DNA from: Candidatus Bathyarchaeia archaeon
Lineage (GTDB): Archaea; Thermoproteota; Bathyarchaeia; Bathyarchaeales; Bathycorpusculaceae
Direction: 5' to 3'
NCBI GenBank assembly: GCA_050012755.1
Contig: JBEKGO010000021.1
Span: 1-46,220, forward strand
DNA length: 46,220 nucleotides
The position numbers were made by a program, and so were the translations under genes. The notes under the pieces were generated by a model that was given only the letters and a program-made list of their open reading frames with translations, searched no databases and was not told the origin of the DNA. Shown here in pieces: positions 9,396-18,831 of the stretch (positions are counted from its first letter, which is position 1; every line of letters starts with the position of its first letter).

Positions 9396-9881
9396 TTATT
9401 GTTCTCCTTGGGTCGGTTTCTCGTCGAGGACAATTTCGACATGTGTTGTGATTTGATATTTTGGGGAGGCACTGCCGTGGGCTCTAGGAGTGTAACGTTT
9501 TTGTTTCATGCCGGGATAGGCTGCTGCATGAATTATGCGTAGTCGGTCGACGTCTAAACCTTTGTTTTCGGCGTTTGCTTGCGCGGATTGTAATACATCC
9601 AAAATTTGTTCACATGTCTTAACTGGGAATCTACCTGAAAAACTGTTTACAAGTCCATGACGATGAGGCAGTTTTTTATTATATCTCATGTAGGGGACAG
9701 CTTTCTTTTTGGCTGCAACATCTCGTAAATACTGTTTTGCATCGTTTAGCATCATGCCTTTTAGGGCTTTGCAGACTTCTCGGGATGCTTTATGGGATAT
9801 TTTAAGTTCTCTTCCGCTGGCTTTCGCTGTTTTTTCTGGATTAAGCATTTCTTCGATTATTGAGTATCCCCATTTTGGCAT
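9396..9881 (-). CDS. rpl22: 50S ribosomal protein L22 (uL22)
   Basis: ISHKASREVC, GRFPVK, ANAENKGLD, YTPRAHGSA. Start set at MPKWGYS. Confidence 0.97.
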   Translation of the reverse strand: MPKWGYSIIEEMLNPEKTAKASGRELKISHKASREVCKALKGMMLNDAKQYLRDVAAKKKAVPYMRYNKKLPHRHGLVNSFSGRFPVKTCEQILDVLQSAQANAENKGLDVDRLRIIHAAAYPGMKQKRYTPRAHGSASPKYQITTHVEIVLDEKPTQGEQ

Positions 9882-10200
9882 TTTTACATCTCCGATGCGC
9901 AATCAAACACGTAAAAGCAATTTATATGGCTTTCCGTATCAAAACACAAAGTTTCGATTATTTAGCTGAGTTGTGTTCCTGCGAGGGAACTATTCGAACG
10001 CGTGAGGTGTACAGTTTTGGATATAGCTTTTCCCTTTTATAGTTTGCCATAAAAAGTCGTAGCATTTAAGGAATTAGAAATCTATCTACTGATCAGGCAA
10101 AAAGAAGTTATCTAACTTGCGGGTTGTTGTTTTTGTTTAGCTGAGTTAACTTACAAAGGTGAAGTTTAGATCTCTGTTTTGCACCTTATTTTTTCTAAAT

Positions 10201-10369
10201 TTTTTTCTTTGTGTTTTAGGTTGCTTTTTTAATTTGGGGCTTAAATCTATTGCAACCTTAATCTTAAAACATCCCAAAACATCTAGAAACATCCCAAAAA
10301 ATCCCTATCGAAGCAACGTCATTGATGGGTTTTTGTATAGGTTTTTTCTTTGTGTTTTAGGTTGCTTTT
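10201..10369 (+). repeat. Direct repeat (2 copies, 28 bp) in the ~1-kb intergenic region
   Basis: TTTTTTCTTTGTGTTTTAGGTTGCTTTT at 10201-10228 and 10342-10369. AAACATCC-like short tandem units lie between them (10267-10304). Confidence 0.8.
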
Positions 10370-10925
10370 CAGATTTGGGTCTTGGTTTGTTTGCAGGTTG
10401 AGTAAACAGTGGTAAACCTATGTAAAAGGAAGCAAACAGAAGTAAAAGCGTGTAAACCTGTGTGAACCTACGCAAACCATCCCCATATTTTGTTCTTTGC
10501 AATTTGGGTTGCTTTCTTGTGGCAGGGCTTAAATCTTCTTTTGAAATGCCTGGTAAACTGACATTCTCATTAGTAGAACAACAACAGTGAAATCGCCATT
10601 TCTAAACACACTGGTTTGGTTTGCTTTTTCGAATCTGGGCTTGTTTTGGCTACAGGCTGCGTACCAAAATGTCCTGCATCTCAGATTTTTCTCTCTCTCA
10701 CATTGACCGAGGTATAGGTCAAGAGTTTATACAATTTGATATACAGTTGGTGGTAGGCATAACTCGTATTTCTTTAAGAGAAAAAGGAGGAGACAAGTGG
10801 CAGTAGCACCACACCTTCTTCTTCCAAACCTCCAAAAAGAAGAAGAATAAGAAAAAAGAACACTTCTGCGATTTGTTTATGTTTTACCTAATAGCTATTA
10901 ATTTCTTTAAACGGAAGCAACTTTA

Positions 10926-11993
10926 ATGGCAAGTTCAAATGAAAAAATCACTATGCTGCATGGCGCCGGCGGCACAGTCATGCACAACCTAGTCAAAAAC
11001 TACATTGTAAAACACTTTGGCGGCTTAGGCAACACAGCGGAAGTCCCATTGGAAGCAATGGACGACGCCGCAGTAATTGGCGACATAGTATTCAAAAGTG
11101 ACTCTCACGCAGTAAAACCCATATTTTTTCCAGGCGGCGATATCGGACGCCTATCAATCTCAGGCACCGTCAACGACATTTCAGCCATGGGGGCGGAGCC
11201 ATACGCTCTCGCTTGCGGGTTCATTTTAGAAGAAGGCTTGCCAATTAGTGATTTGGAGAAAATCCTCGTTAGCATGCATGACACATGCGTTGAAGCAGGA
11301 GTCGGCATCGTTACCGGTGATACGAAAGTGGTGGAGAAGGGCAGTTTAGGCGGACTTGTCATGAATGTTTCAGGCATCGGTAAAAGAACAACAGCCTTAG
11401 ACAGCAACTTAGCAGTAGCAAGGCAGTACCGAACAGTCGCCTCCCGCTGGACGCTGGATTCAAACCTTGCCGTTGGCGACAAAATCATTTTAACAGGAAC
11501 AATCGGTGACCACGGATTAGCTGTGCTCTCAGCTCAGCAGGGATTAAGGTTTGGCAGCGAAATAAAATCTGACGTCCGCCCATTAAATCACATGCTTCAA
11601 CACTTATTTGCCAAAATAGGGGGGGTTATTTCTGTAAAAGATCCCACTCGCGGTGGCTTAGCTGATGCTTTGAATGAGTGGGCAGAAAAATCCAAAGTTG
11701 GCATATTAATCCATGAAAATAAAGTTCCAATTCGAAAAGATGTTCAGGCTGCATGCGACATGCTTGGTTTGGACGCCTTAGAAGTTGGAAATGAAGGTAA
11801 ATACATTATTGGAGTTGTGCCAGAAAAAGCTGAGGATGCATTGCAATTTTTGAAGCAGACAGAAGAAGCCAAAAACGCGCAGATAATAGGGGAAACCACA
11901 TCGGAATTTAAAGGAGTAGCCATGCAGACAGAGGTTGGCGGAAAAAGAATAATTGCAAGACCCGTCGGTGACCCAGTGCCAAGAATCTGCTAA
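10926..11993 (+). CDS. hypE: Hydrogenase maturation carbamoyl dehydratase HypE
   Basis: HGAGG, PIFFPGGDIGRL...GTVND, TGDTKVV, DPTRGG, C-terminal PRIC. Confidence 0.97.
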   Translation: MASSNEKITMLHGAGGTVMHNLVKNYIVKHFGGLGNTAEVPLEAMDDAAVIGDIVFKSDSHAVKPIFFPGGDIGRLSISGTVNDISAMGAEPYALACGFILEEGLPISDLEKILVSMHDTCVEAGVGIVTGDTKVVEKGSLGGLVMNVSGIGKRTTALDSNLAVARQYRTVASRWTLDSNLAVGDKIILTGTIGDHGLAVLSAQQGLRFGSEIKSDVRPLNHMLQHLFAKIGGVISVKDPTRGGLADALNEWAEKSKVGILIHENKVPIRKDVQAACDMLGLDALEVGNEGKYIIGVVPEKAEDALQFLKQTEEAKNAQIIGETTSEFKGVAMQTEVGGKRIIARPVGDPVPRIC

Positions 11994-13078
11994 GCCTCGG
12001 CAGCTACATTTTTTGCCCAAACCCTACAGGTACCTTCACTGCTAACCATGCATGCGCCAACAGGTTTCTCGGGTGTACAAGCTTTCAGAAACATTGGGCA
12101 TTGATTAGGCTTGATTTTGCCGATTATTACAAGGTGACATTCGCAACCTAGCAGGATGTCTTTGCCCTGTTCTACATGAACATTGTATTTTAATCGTGCA
12201 TCGAAATTTGCAAATTCTTTGCGCAGTTGCAGTGCTGAGTCTGGAAGTCTGCCGATGCCTCGCCAGTTGCCGCCAGTAACCGTAAAGACTTTGTTCATCG
12301 CCTCAAGCGCTCGAAGGTTGCCTTCAGGCTTAACCACACGAGAATATTCATTCTCCAACTTAGGTGACCCTTCTACATGCTGCTTAACAATCATGTAAAC
12401 AGACATCAACACATCAATGGGTTCAAAACCAGCCACGACGGTTGGCATCCGATAAACCCTCGGAAACAACTCATAAGGCTTCAAGCCAATAATTGCACTC
12501 ACATGCCCCGGCGCAATGAAACCATCAATCTCCAAATCGCCGACACCAAGCAAAAGCTCCATCGCGGGAGGAATCAGGCGATGAGAAACTAGGAAACTGA
12601 GGTTTTTCGGCGGGTTTCCTAGCACTTCAACCGCTGTTGAGGGAGCAGTAGTTTCAAAACCAACCGCAAAAAACACAAACTGCTTGTTAGGTTCACGTTT
12701 AGCCATGTCAACCGCATCCGAAGTCGCATAGACAATTCGGACGTCAGCGCCTGCCGCTTTAGCTTCTAGAAGCGACATTTTGCTGCCTGGAACACGCAAC
12801 ACATCGCCAAAACAGGTAACCACAATACCCATCTGCGCCAACTGCACGGCTTCATCAATTTCAGCTGCAGGAACAATACAAACAGGGCACCCTGGACCAG
12901 CGATAACTTCAACGCTATCTGGTAAAAGACTGCGCAAACCAAAATGCGTTATAGTCCATTCATGGGTTCCACAAACATGGCAAATCTTTATTTTTCCAGC
13001 CTTTGACGCCAAACCGTTGATTTTTGCGGCTATATTCTGCGCTAATTCGGGGTTTCTGAATTTTAGGTTTTCAACCAT
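11990..13078 (-). CDS. hypD: Hydrogenase maturation protein HypD
   Basis: HVCGTHE, GPGCPVC, GFETT, PGHVS, GACMVSSEGTC. Confidence 0.98.
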   Translation of the reverse strand: MVENLKFRNPELAQNIAAKINGLASKAGKIKICHVCGTHEWTITHFGLRSLLPDSVEVIAGPGCPVCIVPAAEIDEAVQLAQMGIVVTCFGDVLRVPGSKMSLLEAKAAGADVRIVYATSDAVDMAKREPNKQFVFFAVGFETTAPSTAVEVLGNPPKNLSFLVSHRLIPPAMELLLGVGDLEIDGFIAPGHVSAIIGLKPYELFPRVYRMPTVVAGFEPIDVLMSVYMIVKQHVEGSPKLENEYSRVVKPEGNLRALEAMNKVFTVTGGNWRGIGRLPDSALQLRKEFANFDARLKYNVHVEQGKDILLGCECHLVIIGKIKPNQCPMFLKACTPEKPVGACMVSSEGTCRVWAKNVAAEA

Positions 13079-13099
13079 GTTGACCGCTCAACTTGTCGC

Positions 13100-13324
13100 T
13101 TATTGTTGGCCAGCTTCAAGAACGCTATTCCATAAACTTAGGGTTTCTTTGGCTTCTTGTTCTTCAATAACTGTAATTGCATATCCCGCATGAACCAAAA
13201 CATAGTCACCGACTTTGGCTTCAACAAGTGACACATTAACTTCTCTTAAAACGCCTTGACCAAAATCCACGTTGGCTTTTGTGCCGTCTATGTTCATGAT
13301 TTTAGCGGGAATTGCTAAACACAT
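13100..13324 (-). CDS. hypC: Hydrogenase chaperone HypC
   Basis: MCLAIPAK N-terminus, VGDYVLVHAGYAI. Confidence 0.97.
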   Translation of the reverse strand: MCLAIPAKIMNIDGTKANVDFGQGVLREVNVSLVEAKVGDYVLVHAGYAITVIEEQEAKETLSLWNSVLEAGQQ

Positions 13325-13373
13325 AACTATCAATTAATAACGAGGCTTTGAACAGCGATAAAAAGAAATTGGT

Positions 13374-15680
13374 TCAAAACTTCGAAAATCCACCTACAAC
13401 CGCCTGACCGAATGAGACTCCGCCGTCACCTGCTGGAACAGCCTCATGGACAAAAAACCTTAGCCCAGCAGCCTCAACAGCATCACGCATAACTTTTGCG
13501 AGTATTTGGTTACATGCAACGCCCCCCGAAAACCCAACAGATCTAACGCCGAGCTCTAGAGCTTGTTCAGTTGCCAAAGCCGCCAAACCATTTGCCAAAT
13601 AAGCGTGCGCAGAATAAGCCAAATCAGCAACAGAAAACTTTTGTCTGTTTTCAAAAATTGCTCTCAACATATTGGAGGTATGAAGCATATTGTCATGCAA
13701 AAGGGGATTTTCCTGTAATACTTCTTTTCCAGTTATGGCGGCGGATTCAAGTTTCATGGCTGGCTCCCCCTCGTAGCTTCGCTCATAACAAACACCTAGC
13801 ACGGCTGAAACCGCGTCTAAAACTCTGCCGCAACTTGTAGTTTCAACTGTTCCAATCCCTTTCTTGAGTTGGTCCAGAAGCAATTTAGCTTCAGTTTCGC
13901 CAAACGGTAAATGCGCACTGTTTTGCATCAGCCAAGGTTCAACTTCTATGCCTGCTTTATCGAGCATTCCAGCGGCTACACGCAAAGGATAACGACTAGC
14001 CACATCTCCACCCAAAAGTGGCTGCGGTTCCAAATGTCCAAGACGCATAAACTCGGTTGATTCGCGGTTACAAAATAGAACTTCGCCGCCCCAAGCACCG
14101 CCATCTGTTCCGTAACCGTAGCCATCGCAAACCACAGTAACAGCCTCTTCCAAGTTATGCTCAGCCATCAAAGCCGCAGCATGCGCATGATGATGTTGAA
14201 CCTGAATGAGTTGCGACCCATCCGCCTCCGCCATCTCCCGAGCCAATTCGGTTGTGGTGAATTTGGGGTGCAAATCGCAAACTACGGTTTCGGAGTGGCA
14301 ATTGGTCAAATGGTAGAGGTGATTGATTGCTTCTTGCAGAAAAGTTCGGGTTTCCACGTTTTCGACGTCACCAATGTGTTGACTAATGAATGCCTTATCA
14401 TCAAGCAGCACACAGGCAGTATTGTTCAATTCGCCGCCCAAGCCGACGACGCACCGTTTCGATTTTGTTTTGAGCCTGATTGGTGCTGGAGCGTAGCCTC
14501 GGCTTCGCCTAAGAAAAACTTGGCGAGTCCCATGAGTACGCATTACTGAGTCGTCGCATCGATGAGCGATTTTACGGTTGTGAAACAAAAAATAATCAAC
14601 AGTGCCGCCTAATGTCTTCAAGGCTTGATCGTTGTCTTTTACTATGGGTTGGTTTGGCGGGTTAGCACTGGTCATCACAAACGCTGGATCATCAACTTGG
14701 TCAAAGAGCATGTAGTGCAAACCTGTGTAGGGCAACATGACGCCGATGTTGTGCAAGTTTGGCGCAACAAGAGGCGACAAATTGTAGCTTAAACTTTTGT
14801 TTAGCAAAACGATTGGGCGTGCAGAGGAAGATAGCAATTCTTGTTCCTTCGAAGTCACTTCGGCAAAACCTCTTGCTGCCTTCAGGCTTTTTGCCATGAT
14901 TGCGAAAGGTTTTTCGCGCCTATGCTTCGTTGCTCGAAGCCTCTCCAAAGGAACCTCCAACATAACTGACGATGCAATATGGAAGCCCCCGTATCCCTTT
15001 ATTGCGAGCACTCTTCCTTCGGACAACAGTTTCCCAGCTTCACGCACGGGGTCTTTGGCGCTAATTGGCTCGCCAGTTTTTGTTGTCAAGTAAGCTTTTG
15101 GACCACATGGCGGACAAGCCACCGTTTGCGCGTGAAACCTCCTGTTTGTTGGGTCACTGTATTCCTTTTGGCAAAAACCACACAGTGGAAACTCGCGCAT
15201 AGTGGTGTTTTCGCGGTCGTAGGGTAAGCGTTCGATAATTGTGAAGCGAGGACCGCAGTTGGTACAGGTGATAAAGAAATATTCGTACCGCGGATTTTTT
15301 GGGTCGCGCAATTCAGCGAGGCATTCGTTGCATATGGCTATGTCTGGTGGGATAATTGATCCTGAAAGCTCCGCTTCTTTTGAGCTTTTGATAATTGTGA
15401 ATTTGTCATATTCATTTTTGCCTGCAAGCACAGTCGATTTAACCGAGTCTATTTGGGCTAGAGGCGGCTTTTTCTGCTTCAAATCATGCTTAAAACTTTG
15501 AATTTTTTGGGCGTTGCCTTCCAAGAGGATTTCGACGCCTGCATCACCCTTATTTCGAACGTAACCTAATAGTCCATGTTCCACTGCCAAGCGGTAGATG
15601 AACGGTCGGAAACCAACACCTTGAACGATACCAGTAACGTTGATTTTAACGCGCAAGCACAACTGCCTTAACGTAATCAA
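13374..15680 (-). CDS. hypF: Carbamoyltransferase HypF
   Basis: GIVQGVGFRPF acylphosphatase domain, CTNCGPRF zinc fingers, RRSRGYAP, QHHHAH, DGGVSFGQ. Confidence 0.98.
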   Translation of the reverse strand: MITLRQLCLRVKINVTGIVQGVGFRPFIYRLAVEHGLLGYVRNKGDAGVEILLEGNAQKIQSFKHDLKQKKPPLAQIDSVKSTVLAGKNEYDKFTIIKSSKEAELSGSIIPPDIAICNECLAELRDPKNPRYEYFFITCTNCGPRFTIIERLPYDRENTTMREFPLCGFCQKEYSDPTNRRFHAQTVACPPCGPKAYLTTKTGEPISAKDPVREAGKLLSEGRVLAIKGYGGFHIASSVMLEVPLERLRATKHRREKPFAIMAKSLKAARGFAEVTSKEQELLSSSARPIVLLNKSLSYNLSPLVAPNLHNIGVMLPYTGLHYMLFDQVDDPAFVMTSANPPNQPIVKDNDQALKTLGGTVDYFLFHNRKIAHRCDDSVMRTHGTRQVFLRRSRGYAPAPIRLKTKSKRCVVGLGGELNNTACVLLDDKAFISQHIGDVENVETRTFLQEAINHLYHLTNCHSETVVCDLHPKFTTTELAREMAEADGSQLIQVQHHHAHAAALMAEHNLEEAVTVVCDGYGYGTDGGAWGGEVLFCNRESTEFMRLGHLEPQPLLGGDVASRYPLRVAAGMLDKAGIEVEPWLMQNSAHLPFGETEAKLLLDQLKKGIGTVETTSCGRVLDAVSAVLGVCYERSYEGEPAMKLESAAITGKEVLQENPLLHDNMLHTSNMLRAIFENRQKFSVADLAYSAHAYLANGLAALATEQALELGVRSVGFSGGVACNQILAKVMRDAVEAAGLRFFVHEAVPAGDGGVSFGQAVVGGFSKF

Positions 15681-15758
15681 GATTGAAGTTTTCTCTTATA
15701 CATTTCGAAGAATTTTTGGTAACATTTAAAACAAACAAACATCCATCAAAGTATACTG

Positions 15759-15974
15759 ATGGTAATGAAAGGCGTAACCTTTGCAATTGCATTTGTTTTA
15801 ACAGTTTGCCTTGTTATCGGAGGCGTTGCACTCTACCCGAACATTTTGGGGCGAGCGGCAGCTTCCAACAACGAATTTGTTTTCGGGTTTTTCTTGGGTC
15901 CGTTTTTTGTTTTATTGTTTTTTGCTTGGATTGGAGAAAAAATCGTTCTCAAGTTGTGGAAGAGAAAAGAGTAG
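15759..15974 (+). CDS. Small two-TM hypothetical membrane protein
   Basis: Two hydrophobic stretches and a basic tail; fills the gap between hypF and the ligase. Confidence 0.55.
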   Translation: MVMKGVTFAIAFVLTVCLVIGGVALYPNILGRAAASNNEFVFGFFLGPFFVLLFFAWIGEKIVLKLWKRKE

Positions 15975-15976
15975 AT

Positions 15977-17596
15977 TTACACTTTTTCCTTGATGGATCG
16001 TTTTAGAACTTTGCCTGCTGAGCTAATTGGTAGTTCTTTTCTGAATTCCACTTCATGGATTGATTTGTAGGGTGCGACTTTATCGTTAACGAAAGTCATT
16101 ATTTGCTCCGCTGACACAGTCATGCCTTCTTTGAGCACGATGTAAGCTTTGGGCAATTCACCTGCCCGTGGGTCTGGTTTTCCTACGACTGCACATAGTT
16201 TCACGGCCGGATGCTCGTAGAGGATGTCTTCGAGTTCGCGTGGGTAGACGCTGTAGTCTTTGGTTTTTATAAGGTCTTTTTTGCGGTCGGTGATGTAGAA
16301 GTAGCCGTCTTTGTCCATGTAAGCGATGTCGCCAGTGAGGAGCCACCCGTCATGCAAAACCAAAGCGGTTTCGTCGGGTTTATGCCAGTAACCCTTCATT
16401 ACTTGAGGTCCTTTCACCATCAACTCGCCAGTTTCACCTACACCAAGGGTTCTTTTGCCTGTTTCCAAATCAACTATCCGTGCGTCTGTGTCTGGCAAGG
16501 GCAAACCAATTGAGCCGACTTTAACCACGTTTTTATCCACTGGGCTGCAGTGGGTAACTGGTGCAGCCTCAGTTAACCCGTAACCTTCGGCTAACAGTCC
16601 ACCGGTGATTTGCATAAACTGCTTTTGCAGGTAAGGCGGCAGGGCGGAAGCCCCAGAAATGCAAACACGAATTGAAGTTAAGTCGTATTTGCCGAGTTCT
16701 GGGCTAGCTAACAGTGCCGAGTATATAGTTGGAACGCCGCAAAAAACTGTCACGCGGTGCTGCTGGATTACTTCTAATGCTTTGGTGGGCTCAAACTTTG
16801 GCATCAAAATCATTTTAGCTGCCAAACTGATTGGCACAGTCAAGCTGGTTGTCATACCATAAATGTGGAACAGAGGCAGCGCTGTCAGAAATGTCTCTTG
16901 GGCTGCTGTGCCTTTTATCCAAGCGGCGAAGGATAGGGCATTCGAGACCAAGTTGGCGTGAGTTAACATTGCTGCTTTAGGTGTGCCAGTGGTACCGCCG
17001 GTGTACTGCAATGCCGCCAAGTCTTCGTTTGGATGAAATTGTACGTTTGGAAAGCCACAAATCGCCTTTTTCATTAAATCCTGAAAAGCAAAAGTGTGAG
17101 GAACATCTGGGGGAGGCATTTTTTTATAACTGTACTCATCAAGTCCTGTTATTATGACGTTTTTGAGTTGTGTTTTTTGTTTAACTTTCGATATAATCGG
17201 ATAGAGGGAATCCAGCGCCATAATGGTTTGTGCACCTGAGTCTTTTAGTTGGTACTCAACTTCGCGCTCCCGATTCAACGGATTTATGGCTGTTACTACG
17301 CCCCCTGCCTTGAGAATTCCGAAGTAAGCAACAATGAACTGTGGGATGTTTGGGAGAAAAACTGCAATGCGGTCGCCTTTTTTAGTCCCTAACTTAACAA
17401 GGGAATTAGCAAACTTGTTCGAGAGCAAATCGAGCTGAGCAAAAGAAATCTCTCGCTCACCGAAAACAATTGCGGTTTTTTGTGGAAAATCCTTAGCGCT
17501 TTTTTGGAGGATTCCTTGAAGGGGAACCTGCGGATACTCTATGCGTTTTGGAACTTGGGCTGGCCACGATTTAAACCAAGGCTTACTATCTGCCAT
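15977..17596 (-). CDS. Long-chain fatty acid--CoA ligase (ANL superfamily)
   Basis: YTGGTTGTPK P-loop, EGYGLTEA, TGD, DRKKDLI, GKVLK. Confidence 0.93.
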   Translation of the reverse strand: MADSKPWFKSWPAQVPKRIEYPQVPLQGILQKSAKDFPQKTAIVFGEREISFAQLDLLSNKFANSLVKLGTKKGDRIAVFLPNIPQFIVAYFGILKAGGVVTAINPLNREREVEYQLKDSGAQTIMALDSLYPIISKVKQKTQLKNVIITGLDEYSYKKMPPPDVPHTFAFQDLMKKAICGFPNVQFHPNEDLAALQYTGGTTGTPKAAMLTHANLVSNALSFAAWIKGTAAQETFLTALPLFHIYGMTTSLTVPISLAAKMILMPKFEPTKALEVIQQHRVTVFCGVPTIYSALLASPELGKYDLTSIRVCISGASALPPYLQKQFMQITGGLLAEGYGLTEAAPVTHCSPVDKNVVKVGSIGLPLPDTDARIVDLETGKRTLGVGETGELMVKGPQVMKGYWHKPDETALVLHDGWLLTGDIAYMDKDGYFYITDRKKDLIKTKDYSVYPRELEDILYEHPAVKLCAVVGKPDPRAGELPKAYIVLKEGMTVSAEQIMTFVNDKVAPYKSIHEVEFRKELPISSAGKVLKRSIKEKV

Positions 17597-17632
17597 CAAA
17601 TCATTACTCGCGCTGACATTCAACAAATCTTT

Positions 17633-18001
17633 TTACGGTTTTACTTTAGGAGATTTTGAGTAATCGGTCAATCCCAATCTGTTGCCGAAAGGATCTTCAA
17701 ACTCAACCGCCATTCCAGTGTGAATCTCAAAAGGTTCAGACAGAAACTGAAGCCCCTTAGCCTTCAGGCGCTTATACTCTTCCTTCACGTTGTCAACCAC
17801 GAACCATATGGTCGGTTTCGTTTCTGGAAACTTGGCAGTGTCTTTCAAGATTATTGCAGGTTCATTGTCTCCGACTTTGAAAGCAATCATGCCCATGCCT
17901 GAGAAATCAAACTTAATCGGCAAGCCCAACAAGTCCATGTAAAATTTTTTGCTTTTTTGGAGATCACTGCTTGGAAGAAAAAAATTATCGTAGTCTTTCA
18001 T
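17633..18001 (-). CDS. VOC/glyoxalase family protein
   Basis: DLQKSKKFYMDLLGL, WFVVDNV, FEDPFGNRLGL. Confidence 0.9.
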   Translation of the reverse strand: MKDYDNFFLPSSDLQKSKKFYMDLLGLPIKFDFSGMGMIAFKVGDNEPAIILKDTAKFPETKPTIWFVVDNVKEEYKRLKAKGLQFLSEPFEIHTGMAVEFEDPFGNRLGLTDYSKSPKVKP

Positions 18002-18144
18002 GTTTTCACTTCAGGAAATGTGTGTACTGTAGTGGTTAATAATATTTTATAAAAAGTCGGGAAGGCGTTCCTGACTAAGCTGTAGATGCCGCGTTTTAAG
18101 ATTTGTAGATACCTCTGTTTATGAGATGTGAAAAAAGCAAAAGA

Positions 18145-18253
18145 TGGTGCCGGGAACGGGATTCGAGCCCGTGACTTCTGGTCTTAAGGCGTTTAGCCCC
18201 TAACATCTCCAGATTATGAGTCTGGCGCCCTAGCCAGGCTAGGCTACCCCGGC
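18145..18253 (-). tRNA. tRNA-Met(CAT), probably elongator, CCA encoded, 31-nt intron at position 45/46 (18176-18206)
   Basis: Reverse complement: GCCGGGG acceptor, GCCT/GGGC D-arm, CCAGA-CTCATAA-TCTGG anticodon arm, ACGGG-CTCGAAT-CCCGT T-arm, TCCCGGC-ACCA end. Removing the BHB-type intron restores variable loop AGGTC. Confidence 0.9.
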
Positions 18254-18597
18254 ACACAAATTGCCACCATTTTTTGATGGCTGAAGAGATTTAGTTTGTT
18301 TTCCATCATTTAAACTTTTAAAAAGACTCCCAAAAATTGCTCGCTACCTTATTAGATCCTCAAGTGGTTTGCGTGAATGCAGTTGAAGAGGCTTTTCAAA
18401 TCTAAATTGAACCTGCAGGTTCAAAAAATGGGGTTATTCTTGAGGAAAATGCGGTTGGATCGGGCTTGAAATTGCAAATACTCCTTGAAATGGTGTTGAG
18501 CATTTTAAAGTTTTGAACTATTCTTCCATGAAATTAATGTGAGATTGAACTTAAACGATGACATTTATACGGTGAATATATGGAGAACAAACGTTGT

Positions 18598-18714
18598 CAA
18601 GTCTCCCACGCCCGCATTCTCTTTTTTTGTTTGTTGTAACCGCCTAAAATATTGTTTCTGGACTCTTGGCAGCCTCCAACCAGTGGAAATGTCAATAGCA
18701 TTTTCCCTTTTCTT
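18598..18714 (-). repeat. Two tandem minus-strand copies of the island att-like motif
   Basis: Minus strand reads AAGAAAAGGGAAAATGCTATTGACATTTCCACTGGTTGGAGGCT (18714-18671) and AAAAAAAGAGAATGCGGGCGTGGGAGAC (18628-18601), resembling the copies at 35740 and 35831. Confidence 0.6.
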
Positions 18715-18831
18715 ATTTGAGTTCTGCGCTTCTATGAAGAAGCAGAGAAACGCAAAGAAGCACGCAACTTCTACTAAATCCTTTTCTTAATAATCTCTGT
18801 TCTGGTTTCCATTTCCTTCATTTTCGTTTGT

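Noticed and set aside
1046-10042. Many plus-strand ORFs (e.g. 2147-2608, 6409-6924, 5104-5571)
   Set aside because: Antisense shadows of ribosomal protein genes; their Phe/Ala/Ser richness mirrors the Lys/Ala/Glu tails.
18680-18690. ORB-like CCAGTGGAAAT (replication origin)
   Set aside because: Single copy with no G-string and no cdc6/orc1 nearby; better explained as the reverse strand of the island motif.
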